A DNA stretch of 64,000 bases from Octopus bimaculoides (Eukaryota). The position numbers were made by a program, and so were the translations under genes. The stretch spans positions 36,719,899 through 36,783,898 of the forward strand of contig NC_068982.1 of assembly GCF_001194135.2 (NCBI RefSeq), given 5' to 3'. Of the stretch, positions 36,779 to 50,024 are shown piece by piece (the stretch's first letter is position 1; the number at the start of each line of letters is the position of its first letter). The notes beneath the pieces are model-generated. The model was not told where the DNA came from and ran no database searches. It worked only from the letters and a program-made list of their open reading frames with translations.

Positions 36779-37520
36779 ATGAATTATCTTGAACTGAGAA
36801 TTTGAATATGCATCATTTCACAAAAATCACAAAAATCTTTTTCAGGTTTACTTCCTCTTCTTTATGCTACAAATGAATAGTGAATTCATTTAATTCCAAA
36901 TTGTCTGGATGCTTTACAGTAATGTAAATCTTAATCACCACATCATAAAAAAATTGGGAGATAATTTGTTGCCGTGGTTATCTTTCCATCATTATTGTTA
37001 CAATTATCTGATACCTTATACAGTGCTGGCAAAAGGTTTAATAGTTGTTCCTGGCCATGTTGCAGTAAATATAGTTCTACAATAAGCCAATCAGTTCTCA
37101 TAACATTATGCATGTGTTGATGATTTTTTTTTTCTTTAGGATAGAAATATTTAATTAGATGCTTTACTTAATCCCAATTTAATCTGAGTAAAATGTGATG
37201 TAAAAAACATTCAACGTTATGAGAATTTAACTGTTTGTTTCTGCTTGTAAGTACTTTATTGAAGACAGTTTTTGTTGTTAATTGATAATTTTATTGATTA
37301 GATTTCATAAGTGCAATCATGACCTGTTGGAAAGAAGTTTGGTTTTCAACCATATGGTTCTTGATTCAGTCCCACTGCATGACATCTTCACAGCAAGTGT
37401 CTTCTACTATAACCTCAAGTCAGCCAAATCCATACAAGTAGATTTGGTAAACGGAAACTGAAAGAAGCCCATTGTGTGCGCACGCATGTGTGTGTGTGTG
37501 TGTGTGTGTGTGTACGTATA

Positions 37521-39232
37521 CTAGCAGAGGCACCCGGCGTTGCCTGGGGAAAGAAATTTTCCCTTACACATTGGAAGAAAAAAGCAAAATTTGTTGTATA
37601 GAAATTTGTTATTCTAAATACAATTTATTCTTTAATTGGGAAATCAATTCTGAATTCATAATACCAAATAAAAATAATAATAATAAACGAAAATACAAAA
37701 TTTGCCGATTTTATGAAAGGAGATAAATTCTACCACATATGTTGAGAGAAATTATGTAAGAGCTTCTAGGTAAACAACATTCTTTGTTTTTTGGTTTGGA
37801 GCATAGACAAATAAGTCTTGCAAACTACCTACTCTGGAGCAACCAACAAAGTTGACCATGAGAAAAGCAAGCCAGTAGATTTCAAAGACTGACTTTGGTT
37901 TTATTAATAGACATTGCAAAGCAAAGTTGCACTGGGAATTGTGTTCATTTGAACTCAAAGGGCATGTCTGTTGGTTTCATTGGAATTCTTGGAATGAAAA
38001 CTTCTTCCCCAGAGGAACATCCGGTGATGATGGTAGCTTCTGTCATATTAGGTGATAATGTCTTCACAATCAACCTTGTCCCATTGCATAATTTAGGAGG
38101 ATCTAAATTTCTTAGAAGCATTATTGGGACTCCTACCTTCAGAAAAAGTTTCTGGAGGAATTCCAGGTGACTCAAGAGAATTAAGGAACTCTGTTAGGTA
38201 ATGGACAGCTTGATTTTCATGAAGGACTGAATTAACTTCTTAATAACTGTTGGGATCTTATTAATTCATGATTAATTCTTGCTATTGTCTCATTTTTTGG
38301 AGTAAGAATTGCCCTTTCACACAACCATTTATGCGAATTATGATTATTACTTAAGTCTGGTAATACCCTGTTCTTCAATTCAGCTGGGGAATTCACCATG
38401 ATAGCAATATGAGCCAAACTGATATTATCATTCCCATCAAATGGTACTTTCCCATTTCCTAATTGGAGGAGCCAGGTTGAAAACTGTTTTGCACCTTGGT
38501 CCCCATGTAATGAAGCTTGCATGTTAGTATTGGAGAATTTCAGTACTTTATTCCATAGGTGTGAAGACTTAATGCATGTTTTTATTTCATCAGATATTGT
38601 TTGTCTCAGAATGACTGGTAATGTCCATCTGAAGTCTCCTGATAAAACTAATGTAACTCCTCCCATAAATTTATTGTTACCTCTGATGTCCTGTAAGGTG
38701 TTACCAAGAGCTTCCATTGCACCTCAATGTGACATGGTGCATTCATCTCAAATGATAAGGTGGCATTGGCACAGCACTTCTGCTGAACTTGGATCTTTGT
38801 TTATGTTACAACGGCTGTGTGTTTAGGAAGCTTGCTTCCCAGCTACATGATTTCGGGTTCAGTCTCACCACGTGACACCTTGGATAAGTGTCTTCTGCTA
38901 TAGCCCCGAGCCGACCGAAGCTTTGTGATTGAATTTGGTAGGTGGAAGTTACTGCCGTGTGTGTATATGTCTGTGTATGTGCTTGTGCCTCTCCGAAAGA
39001 GAGAGAGAGGGATAGACTTTCTTGTGACCAGGTGTAGTGGTAATTTAAAAGCAGAAAGAGTTGTTTGTCTTCCTGGGAGAATGGTGGCAGCAAAACCAGA
39101 CAATAGTACAGCAACTGCAATTTTTTTTGTTGCCTTACTTTGGAGAGAAGCAATATCACAAATGTTTTACCTGTGTCACCAGGAGCATCAAGAAAGAGAA
39201 TTCCTCTGCTTTTTTCAGACGATTGTGGAACA
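37521..39232 (-). mobile_element. Helitron: PIF1-like helicase remnant and 3' terminus
   Basis: DAPGDTGKTF (Walker A), GGVTLVLSGDFR, LKVGVPIMLLRNLDPPKLCNGTRL, FPVQLCFAMSINK; ends in a GC hairpin plus CTAG followed by T. Confidence 0.93.
38812..39005 (+). mobile_element. SINE family 1 (5' half) inserted inside the Helitron helicase
   Basis: SINE head and body split the helicase between FKLPLHLV and HCDECTMSH. Confidence 0.8.
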
Positions 39233-39311
39233 CCACATGCACACGCACACACACACACACACACACACACGGATACATATGCATACAGTATTGAACATCG
39301 GATGAAATGGA

Positions 39312-39350
<39 letters not shown>

Positions 39351-39422
39351 GTGAGTGAAGGGGTGTGTTGTCATGTATTCGTACATACATAAATAAATAG
39401 GTATACATCTTGTATGTGTGTA

Positions 39423-39458
<36 letters not shown>

Positions 39459-39818
39459 CCACTTAGACATCACTCTCTCACCCACACACACATATACATA
39501 CAAAAGAGATGTATGCATATGTATTTATGTATGTACGCATACATGACAACACCCCTTCACTCATACACACACAGACACACACACCATACATAAATGTATA
39601 CAGACGTACATACAAAAACACGTGTATGTGTATGACTGACTACAAATACATAGAGCTGAACAGGGTGTGATAATGAAAATAAAAATTTTTTACGTAAAAT
39701 AACAAAGTGTGCAAGTTCCAACAAAATAATGCCCATATTTTTGGGACATCCCATGTTGAATTGCAAAATTTTAACATGATATTTGTGTAATAAAGAAATC
39801 AAACCTGGAGTTTGTGTT

Positions 39819-39849
<31 letters not shown>

Positions 39850-40689
39850 AAATATTGCAAACAATGAATGAGATGGACATGGAATGAAAAAATTGTATAA
39901 ATAAAAGAACATTAAGAACTATCTTGTACTGAATATTTAAATTTGTGAACTTAGTAAATATTTCTTTTAGTAATTTATCGTAGTTGTTTACAACTAGTGA
40001 ATTAAAACTTGAAATGGAAACATTAAAATTAGACAGGGACAGACTTCGCTGTTTTTATGTCAATACCGGAAGGTGACATTGAGAAACTTTTTTAAAGACG
40101 TGAATCTAATGTAATAATATTCCAAGGTATATTTGTAGAGAATTTCATTAAAAAATATCCACTTTCTTGAAAGTTGAGATGAATTGAAGTAGACTCCGGT
40201 GAATTTTCAGAAATCCCCCCCCCCCAAAAAAAAANNNNNNNNNNNNNNNNNNNNNNNNNNNNNNNNNNNNNNNNNNNNNNNNNNNNNNNNNNNNNNNNNN
40301 NNNAAAAAAAAAATTATTTATTCAAAATGGACATGATATAACACATTCGTAGAAAATTTTATTTAAAAAATATCTATTTTTCTGAAAGTTATGATCATTG
40401 AAATTTGGTGGAGGGGCAGAAATCTGTAGTTATGCCGACAAATTTGACACTTTCCTTCTACACATGGTTATATATGTATACAGAAATATATGAGTGCAGA
40501 AGATAGTAAACAATGAAAATAACTTGGTAACGGAAATTATGTTTCTTTATACGACGGGCAGAAAGTAAATTAGAAATTTTTACGGAAAATAAAGTATTGT
40601 ATGGGTTGATGTGAAGTTTGTCACTCAGTGAACCAAAGAGCTAGTATCAAAGGAGCCAGAAAGAAACCGTCAACAACAGAAAACACAAG

Positions 40690-41000
40690 ACCGTATGACA
40701 GGATTCTTTCAGTTTCCAACTATCAAATTTACTCGGATTTGGTCAGCCTGAGGCTATAGTAGTAGACACTTGCCCAAGGTGCCACATAGTGGGACTGAAC
40801 CCAGAACCATGTGATTGGTAAGCAAACTACTTACCACACAGCCACTCCTGTCTGGTCATGCAGAAATATTATCCTACTTGGAAATGGGTGAGCGTTGGCA
40901 GCAGGAAGAGCATCCAGCCATGGAAAATCCACCCCAACAAATTCCGTCTGGCCCATATGAACATGGAAAAATGAACAATGATGTTGATGATAATTTTCAT
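40690..41000. mobile_element. SINE family 1 5' half (minus strand) plus an adjacent repeat fragment
   Basis: TTCAGTTTCC..GACACTTGCCCAAGGTGCCAC..GGGACTGAACCC..CACACAGCCACTCCTGT. Confidence 0.8.
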
Positions 41001-41376
41001 TTTATGTGCATACTGGCTTGTGTAATTATTTATGCTTAAATTTTACTTTTCCTATTATATAGGGCTTTAATTCTAGCTGTTCTTATATTCAAATGAATAA
41101 TTATTTGAAAGTTAGTATTCATTTTGTGTTCTAAAAATTTGAGATGCTCCTTAATGTACAGTATTGATATATTGCGAGTGGTTGCAGTTAATTGACCGAG
41201 AAGAGAAAATCTAGAATGTAATGTGACAGCACATTCAAGGTATCAAGGTTTTGTATACAATACATGACTTTTTCCTTTTCCCCATATTTTCTGCTGAGAA
41301 GTAGAAAGAAAATTATTATAGCTTTTAAATGGTAGGTGAGAGTTAAGTTACTTTGAATAATTGCTCAGGCTACAAA

Positions 41377-42440
41377 TCATCATCATCATCGTTTAACGTC
41401 CGCTTTCCATGCTAGCATGGGTTGGACGATTTGACTGAGGACTGGTGAAACCGGATGGCAACACCAGGCTCCAGTCTGATTTGGCAGAGTTTCTACAGCT
41501 GGATGCCCTTCCTAACGCCAACCACTCAGAGAGTGTAGTGGGTGCTTTTACGTGTCACCCNNNNNNNNNNNNNNNNNNNNNNNNNNNNNNNNNNNNNNNN
41601 NNNNNNNNNNNNNNNNNNNNNNNNNNNNNNNNNNNNNNNNNNNNNNNNNNNNNNNNNNNNNNNNNNNNNNNNNNNNNNNNNNNNNNNNNNNNNNNNNNNN
41701 NNNNNNNNNNNNNNNNNNNNNNNNNNNNNNNNNNNNNNNNNNNNNNNNNNNNNNNNNNNNNNNNNNNNNNNNNNNNNNNNNNNNNNNNNNNNNNNNNNNN
41801 NNNNNNNNNNNNNNNNNNNNNNNNNNNNNNNNNNNNNNNNNNNNNNNNNNNNNNNNNNNNNNNNNNNNNNNNNNNNNNNNNNNNNNNNNNNNNNNNNNNN
41901 NNNNNNNNNNNNNNNNNNNNNNNNNNNNNNNNNNNNNNNNNNNNNNNNNNNNNNNNNNNNNNNNNNNNNNNNNNNNNNNNNNNNNNNNNNNNNNNNNNNN
42001 NNNNNNNNNNNNNNNNNNNNNNNNNNNNNNNNNNNNNNNNNNNNNNNNNNNNNNNNNNNNNNNNNNNNNNNNNNNNNNNNNNNNNNNNNNNNNNNNNNNN
42101 NNNNNNGTTCGTACGCATGCGTCATACAGTCTGCCTTTTACTCTGAGTGAGAGTCCCTTTGTCGCCAGCAGGGGTAAGAGCTCTCTAAACTTGGCCCAGG
42201 CTATTCTTATTCTAGCAGCTACACTTTCAGCGCACCCACCCCCACTACTAACTTGGTCGCCCAGATAGTGGAAGCTATTGACTACCTCTAGTTTTTCACC
42301 CAGGAATGAGATAGAAGTTGTTTCCTGTTTGTTTGCAGTCTTTATTGCACCTGAACATCTGCCACAAACAAAAACTAACTTGCTAGTTAACCTGCCTTTG
42401 ATGTTGCTGCACCTCTTATGTGTCCATAGCTTATCGCATG
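41377..42440 (-). mobile_element. RTE LINE 3' portion spanning an N gap
   Basis: (CAT)n tail and 3' motif left of the gap; the sequence right of the gap is homologous to 28050-28380. Confidence 0.75.
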
Positions 42441-43149
42441 GTTGATTACACCAAGAATATGTATATTACACTATAACAGAGGTACTATAATCTAAAAATA
42501 TTATCTGTCAAGGATTTCATCAAAGTAATTATTATAAATGCACTTAATCAACAGTTAAATCATCATAAAATGCTAATTTCTTTAGCTTCACATTCACTGC
42601 TTTAAAGAGAAAATATAGCTGTTGATAAAAGAATATTTGTATCTTGTTGCATTTTTTGTTAAATTGGGTATATTTTTGTTGGGTGCATTTATAATTTTTT
42701 GTATGAGAATACTGATGAGTTCTGGTTATCATGGTTTCAGAATATTTATTTGTGCTGTAATATGCATTTTTGGCTTAATCAACCATGACTGTTGTATGTT
42801 TGCACCCTCAACTCTAAGGTCAGTGCAAGGCCTGATTTGGTTTAGTTCAAATATATAATTGATAAAAAGAAGAATTTTATATTTTGAACACTTAATTTAC
42901 AGTCAATACAGAACTTTTAAATATTCTCTTTTTATTCATTTACTTCAAATATAACAGTGCTCATTCTATCTGGTATGGTTTAGATGGTCTGACAGAATCT
43001 GACAAATCAGAAGACCACACTTGCTCCAGCATCTGTTTCAGCACCATTTCTGTGGTTGAATATTTTTCCTGTAACTATCCATTTTTCAGCGTGCGCAAAG
43101 TACATTTTTTTTATAGCACCAAAACTATAGAGGTTGTCTGGCCATCAGC

Positions 43150-43560
43150 AAGACTAAATAGTCCCTTTGATTTTGTGTTGTCTCTGCTTAATTTTCCAGC
43201 TACATTATAAAGTGTACTGGATGCTTTTTTTTCATGGTACCAGCACTAGTGCAGTGTCTTGCAATTCATGGTGATTGTGAATCTTTTCAGATTCTTGCTC
43301 AATCACTTCATCTTAATGTCTTCTCTAAGTTTCTTGAGTCTATCAATGTGCAGCTTGCTGCTCACACTATAGCTACCTTCCAGAGAATCAAGGCTAATGA
43401 CACTTTTCATATCTCCCAAAACAGTTACCCTGACTTTCTGTGCTTGTTACTAGTTCTTGAACTTCTTAGGCCTTTGAGAAGAGGCATAACACCATTCTAT
43501 GGCCTGAGCCTTCATTTCCAGGTCATAAAGATACACTCGTGTTTCATCTTCTGTCATCAA
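43150..43560 (-). mobile_element. Mariner (DD34D-type) transposase remnant
   Basis: TEDETRVYLYDLEMKAQAIEW..SSQRPKKFK..KVRVTVLGDMKSVI matches TGDETW..YDPE.K.QS..W...PKK..KVM..VFWD. Confidence 0.8.
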
Positions 43561-43599
43561 ATGGTTCCAGTACATATAATATTTATATATATATATATA

Positions 43600-43915
43600 A
43601 TCATCATCGTTTTAACGTCTGCCTTCCATGCTCGTAGGGTTGGGACGGTTTGACAGGAGTTGGCTAGGCAGAAGCCTGCACCAGACTTCTGTAACTGTTT
43701 CGGCAGGATTTGTTATAGCTGGATGCTCTTCCTAACACTACCCACCCAGCATAGTGGACTGTGTGCTTTTTACATACCACAAGCACAAGTAAGGTCAGTT
43801 TTGGCAAGGTTTCTTACAGCTGGATGTCCTTCCAAATGCCAACCACTTTACAGTGTGGACTGGATGCTTTTTAAGTAACACCTGCAGTGACAGGGTCACC
43901 AAGTAACCTGAATGA
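43600..43915 (-). mobile_element. RTE-related 3' tail repeat with an internal duplicated segment
   Basis: CATCATCGTTTTAACGTC..CCATGCT; GCTGGATG..CTTCC.AA occurs twice. Confidence 0.75.
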
Positions 43916-44068
43916 CAAAAATCTTTTGAGCAGGGTGAGGTATTGGAGGAGGTGATTTTGTGTCAAATGATGAAAGGTTATGAGACAGAGAGACAGAAAC
44001 AGATGTCTTGCTGCAGAGGAGGTACAAAGTTACCTGACTGGAGAGAGAAAGAGAGAGATCAGGAATGA

Positions 44069-44070
<2 letters not shown>

Positions 44071-44163
<93 letters not shown>
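44071..44163. repeat. Long (CA)n microsatellite
   Basis: Seen directly. Confidence 0.95.
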
Positions 44164-44167
<4 letters not shown>

Positions 44168-45344
44168 TATGTCAAGACACACTCACGCATATGATGGGTT
44201 TCTTTCAGTTTCCATTTACTAAATCCACTCGCAAGGCATGTGGTTAAGAAGCTTGCTTCCCAACCATGTAGTCGTGGGTTTGATCCCACTGTGCACCACC
44301 TTGGGCAAGTGTCTTCTGCTCTAACTTGAGGCCAGCCAAAGTCATGTGAGTGTATTTTGTTGACAGAAACTGAAAGAAACCATCATATGTGTGTGTATAT
44401 ATGTATGTGTGTGAGTGTTTATATGTACCCTTGTCTTGATATCACATGTTGGTTGTAAACAAGTATCACCAATGTACAAGTGACATTGTTCATTACCAGT
44501 CTTCCATGAAAAACCTGTCTGGCTATGGGAAATATTATTTTACTTGGAAACGACTGAAGGCTAGGTGAGGGTTGGTAACAGGAAGGACATCTGATTGTAG
44601 AAAATCTGCCTCAACAAATTCCATCTGGCATATTGAAGCTCAGAAAAGTGGGCGTTAAATTACAATATATATATATATAAATATACATACATTGATTTGT
44701 TTATTTATAGTCATTGTTTTAATGTCCCCTTTCTATGCACATGTGGATCAGCCAGAATTTGTTGTGGTAGGTTTTCTACTGTCAGATGCCCTTCCTGTCA
44801 CCCACTGTTATCTGTTTCCAAGTAAGGTAATATTTCCTCATGACCTGACATATTTTCACAGAAGATTGGAAATGGAAGACACTGCTTGCATTGTGATGAT
44901 ACTTGCTTACAACTGTCACGTATGTCAAGGCAAGGAGACAGTAACACAGTAGATGAAAACTGAAAAGAGCTGTGTGTATATATGTGTGTGTGTGTATGTG
45001 TGTATATATGAGATTAATTATTTGTAGGGTCCATTTGAATCAAGACGTTTTAATATTAAGGACACCAAACGAGGGTTGAGATCTGCACATCTGTATGTAT
45101 ATGAACACTCATATACCCAAGCATATACTGACATACTCATGCACTTACACATACATGCACATGCAAATATACACATATGTATAGCTTTACATGAAATTAT
45201 ATACTGATGCACACCTGTATGCAGTTACATGATCCAATTAAACTACCAGATATGTGTGTACGCACAGACACGTGTATATATACGTACGTACATGTGTGTG
45301 TGTGTGTGTGTATATATTTCTGTGCATATCTGTGGTATGGTGAA

Positions 45345-46600
45345 TGGGGACATCACATATTAATAAAGTCACATTCCTAGAAGCAAATGACTTACTGACT
45401 GACACCCAGCATGGATTTCGTCGAGGTAGAAGCTGTCTGACACAGCTCCTGCAACACTACAACTGGGTATTAAAACAGCTGCTGAATGACTCAAGCATGA
45501 ATGTGATCTATCTCAACTTTGCAAAAGCCTTTGACAAAGTTGACCATTGTATGATATGTCACAAACTGCGCGATCTGGGCATATGTGGAAAACTTGGAGA
45601 ATGGCTGCACAACTTTCTAAATGATAGATGTCAGGCACTGCTGTTCATAGTGGCCCTCTCAGACATGCCCTTGGCTGCCCAGATAGCTACCCTTGCTAGC
45701 TATGCAGATGACACAAAAGTCTCTCAAACAATACAAAATCCTGGAAATATTGCACATCTGCAATGGGAGTTGGACGCAATATACAGGTGGGCTGAGGACA
45801 ACAACATGCAGTTTAATGCAGGATAATTCCAGGCCTTACGCTACTAACACACAAAGCTAAACGACATGCAGATAGGATACACTGGCCCAGGAGGAATTGA
45901 AATCCCTGCATTAAAATCAGTGCGTGACCTGGGCATCGACATGAGCAATGATGCATCTTTCCAGGTGCATATTACCAATTTGGTAATAAAATGCAGATGG
46001 CTGACTGGTTGGATCCTCCGAACTTTCAAAACAAGAGAAAAGGAGACTTTGATGATCCTCTGGAGGACATACGTACTCAACCGCTTAGACTATGGTCTCC
46101 ACACAATAAAAAAATCAACAGCGGAACTCGAAGCAATCCAACGAAGCTACACCAAGAAAATCGTCTCGATGCAACATGTCAGCTACTGGGAAAGACTTAA
46201 AGAATTAAAACTCTTCTCCCTGGAATGAAGGTGGGCAAGATATGCAGTGATATACATCTGGAAAATCCTAAAAGGCCTTGTACCAAACTTTGGCATTGAA
46301 AATTATTCAAACTACAGAATGGGGCGCCACTGCATAGTGCCAAAGATCCCAGCGTCACCATCAAAATACAGGACCAGATACTGCAACAGCTAGGGCTTCA
46401 GGGGCCCACAGCTCTTTAATATCCTTCCAAAATGCCTGAGAGACCTGCATGGTGTGAATGTAGGTGTCTTTAAAACAAAACTGGATCTGTTCCTATTATG
46501 GGTTACAGATGAGCCTACCTCGCGGCAAGACACAGATGAGGGCAACAGCATCAAACTCCCTCATTGATCAAATGCCACATATTACAGGAGGTTCAAAGTA
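45345..46600 (+). mobile_element. CR1-clade LINE RT and 3' region, with stops and an internal deletion
   Basis: QHGFRRGRSCLTQLL, YLNFAKAFDKVDH, SYADDTK, VRDLGIDMS, ELEAIQRSYTK, SYWERLKELKLFSLE; the PQG motif is missing. Confidence 0.93.
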
Positions 46601-46877
46601 ATGGTGTACCTCAATCAATGACCGCATGACAGCAGCTTTAAAGCTGAAACATTTTAAAATTGTAAAATAGTATATATATATATATATGTACATATTTATG
46701 TACATATATGTATATTTAATAATATCAAGGGTAATAAGAAATATTAGAAATTTCTACTACCAGTGGCCTAGCGTGTAAAAAAATTAGTCTATAGACTATA
46801 TATTATTCATAGAAATACAGTGTTCACTTAAACACATAAGAGGTATCCATCATAGGATTCCTTCCACGCTAGAAGGA

Positions 46878-46947
46878 ACAGCTGAAGAGGACTTCGCCTG
46901 GCAAATTATTTTATTTGCTAAAGTAAGTCAGAAACCATTGGTCCAGG
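46878..46947 (+). ncRNA. Type I hammerhead ribozyme motif in a short Penelope-like repeat
   Basis: CAG-CTGAAGA-G-GACTT..GGCAAAT-TATTTT-ATTTGCT..AAGTC-A-GAAAC-CATTG-GTC-CAG: complete core, GUC triplet, one mismatch in stem I. Confidence 0.65.
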
Positions 46948-46999
46948 AGTTGGATGGTAATTGCTTTTATTGGTAATTGCTTTTATCATGCCAAAACTA

Positions 47000-47172
47000 A
47001 CTTCGCCTGAGTCCACTCTGTAGAGTCGTAGGTGTTAGGAAGGGCATCCAGCCATAAAATCCCTTCCAAAACTGACACAGTACCCTTGGGTAGATTTTTT
47101 TACCTGGCCAACTTCTGTCAACCGTCCTACCCATGCACACATGGAAGATGGACATTAAATGATGATGATGAG
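47000..47172 (+). mobile_element. RTE-related 3' tail repeat
   Basis: GTTAGGAAGGGCATCCAGC..CCCATGC..CATTAAATGATGATGATG. Confidence 0.75.
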
Positions 47173-47206
<34 letters not shown>

Positions 47207-47341
47207 CGTTAGGAAGGGCATCNNNNNNNNNNTGATGATATATATATATATATATATACACATAAATAAACACTCATGATGAGCTTTCAATTTTCATCTA
47301 TCAATGTGTGTGTGTGTAAAAAAATAAATATAGTTTTGATT

Positions 47342-47909
47342 TTTCAGTGGTGTTGGTATTTTGATTGTGTTACTGCTTATTGAAATTGTCTGGGTTGAAG
47401 AAATCAAACTCCACCAAACTTCAGAGTTACTGTCAGTAGATTTAATAATGATATGAAACCCTACGCTTGTAGTTTGTACTTTATTGTGTTAATATTTTTG
47501 TTTTCATTTCTATAAAAATACCCATTTTAAATTTCGTGCGTGTGTGTGGTGGTGGTGGTGGTGGGGGGGTGTAAATATATATATATTTATAATTTAAAGA
47601 ATGTAAAAATGTAAAGTAACTNNNNNNNNNNTCAGTGGTGTTGGTATTTTGATTGTGTTACTGCTTATTGAAATTGTCTGGGTGGAAGAAATCAAACTCC
47701 ACCAAACTTCAGAGTTACTGTCAGTAGATTTAATAATGATATGAAACCCTACGCTTGTAGTTTGTACTTTATTGTGTTAATATTTTTGTTTTCATTTCTA
47801 TAAAAATACCCATTTTAAATTTCGTGCGTGTGTGTGGTGGTGGTGGTGGTGGGGGGGTGTAAATATATATATATTTATAATTTAAAGAATGTAAAAATGT
47901 AAAGTAACT
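47342..47909. repeat. ~280-bp direct duplication across a 10-N gap (likely assembly or haplotype artefact)
   Basis: 47342-47621 vs 47632-47909 are identical except GGGTTGAAG/GGGTGGAAG. Confidence 0.8.
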
Positions 47910-48403
47910 CATTTTTTGGCAACTTGATTACATATTTCTTTGAAGTAAAAAATATATTTTAGCTCTTTCTGTGTTACTTCCTCTACATGTAAAAGAGTTG
48001 GTACAATCACTACTTCTATACCAGAGGTGCCTTGTCTGCTGCTGTTTTACCAGGGGTGCCTTGTCTGCTGCTGGTGCCTCTCTTTCTTCATCTATCGTTC
48101 TTTCACTCCTCTTCTGTGAGATTTTACACTTAACATTTCAGCGAAAATACCTCTATTTTTGCTTATCATTTGTTGATATCATTCGTGATGTTACATATCT
48201 AATGTTAAGGTGTAAAGTTCTAAGTCCTAAAATTATACAACTAACTTTTACACGTTTTGAAAGTTCTCTTCATCATGATCTTATTCTTAATATACTACAT
48301 GGATTTAATTTCGTAATTTGTGGATTGTTACTTTGGAGAATTGAAGCTTCGGTAGGGGAGATCTGATTCATTTGGATTACCATCTGTAAATGGTTTTGTA
48401 ACT

Positions 48404-48425
48404 ATGGCAGATGAAGAAGAAGAAA
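48404..48425 (+). CDS. Candidate alternative first coding exon (MADEEEE, phase 1)
   Basis: ACT-ATG-G start context, donor GAAA|GTAAGT, in-frame upstream TAG, and a possible long 5'UTR from the acceptor near 47962. Confidence 0.5.
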
Positions 48426-49773
48426 GTAAGTGTTTCCATGTGTTTATACATTTTTGCTTGCTATATTCCCAACACTATTTACTATTTTCTCTGTCCCAGA
48501 TAAGTGTTACAGTTCTCAAACTTCTTACATCTGATATTTTCTTTTTATATCTGTAGCTATAAAAGAATATTTGATTGAAGAATTGAAAGTAAAACTTTGC
48601 TCTGTGTACTTAAAGACAGCAGCTATTAAAAGAAAGACCTTCATTTTATTATTTTATGTATTCAAAATACATTTAGTAACAAAATATATGGAGATTACTA
48701 AAACAGTAAATAAGATATGTTAACATTAATCTTATTTTAAAAACAAAGTAATGCACTTGGTTCTAAAATATATTAGAATATTTCTTTCTCATTTTCCTTT
48801 CTTTCCCCCTTTCTCAGAGATTAAAAGATGTTCTCTAAAAGTTGAAAAAGTTAAATATGAAATTGTAATTTGGATAATTATTAATTTGAGTTTTTTAATA
48901 AATATAGTTCCATAAATATAGCTTAATAGATGTTGTTATTTTAATAAATATAGTATATAAGTATAATACTAATCAATAACAACAACAGCAATAATAATAA
49001 TAATAACAATAATAATAATAATATTTCTTCTCATAGAAAAGATATGGAAAACTTAATTGCAATGGTTTATGCTTTTCTGTTCGGTATCTTCTTATGGTAC
49101 TGATACACAGTAACTGTGAAAATCAGACAAATCTTTTAGAATTTAGTAGAAGAACAAATTTCTAAATTATTGTGTATATATTGAATCTTTTGAGAAGTTT
49201 GTTTTTTTTCTTTTTAGTTCTATCTTGCTCTACAACTTTGTGATATTTTAAATTGCATGTTCAATTATTTTCCAGTATCGGTATATGAATAACACTTCAA
49301 AAATCCATTACTCCATCTTCATAATTCATGTAAAAACACAAATATATATTGTAGATATCAGTGTAAATAAACTTGTGATTCTTAAAATTGCAATTACTTG
49401 TAGCTTGCAGCTGAAATTTTACCTGTTGCTTTTAATTTCAAGCATAACAAACACTATTAGGAGAAAAATAATTTCACTGGGTCAGTCATTGAATTTGGTG
49501 CTTTGATCCTATTATCAGGTGTTCAGTACTTATGAGATAATCTTAATTCAAGTATTTATAAATTTATAGTTGCAACCAAGAAAGTCCTTTGATTGTTGTT
49601 CTATTAGATATTAGCATTTTAGGTCTAATTGAGGAACTTGAAGCGCTCAAATAAAAATCTGAACTACTTGCTGAATATTTGACCTCAGAAGTGAAAAAAA
49701 GTAGAAATATACCTGTTTAAGAGGAATGATGTTGACCAAAATATTTAATATGGTAATTATGTGTTTGTGTGTG

Positions 49774-49829
<56 letters not shown>

Positions 49830-49894
49830 TGGATATACACATATACATAAATGTATATATAAAATATATGTATACATATATAGACATATAAATG

Positions 49895-50024
49895 TTGGAC
49901 GATTTGGTTCACTAGTCCTCAGTGAAATCGTCCAACCCATGCTAGCATGGAAAGAGGACGTTAAACGATGATGATGATGATCATCATCATCGTTTAACGT
50001 CCGCTTTCCATGCTAGCATGGGTT
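49895..50024. mobile_element. Two RTE-related 3' ends joined tail-to-tail as a palindrome
   Basis: AACCCATGCTAGCATGGAAAG.GGACGTTAAACGATGATGATGA|TCATCATCATCGTTTAACGTCC.CTTTCCATGCTAGCATGGGTT. Confidence 0.85.

Noticed and set aside
37752-38717. Host PIF1 helicase gene
   Set aside because: Intronless, frameshifted, interrupted by a SINE, and ending in a Helitron hairpin-CTAG.
41445-42268. Long ORFs of 187-238 aa
   Set aside because: They are almost entirely X residues from the N gap.
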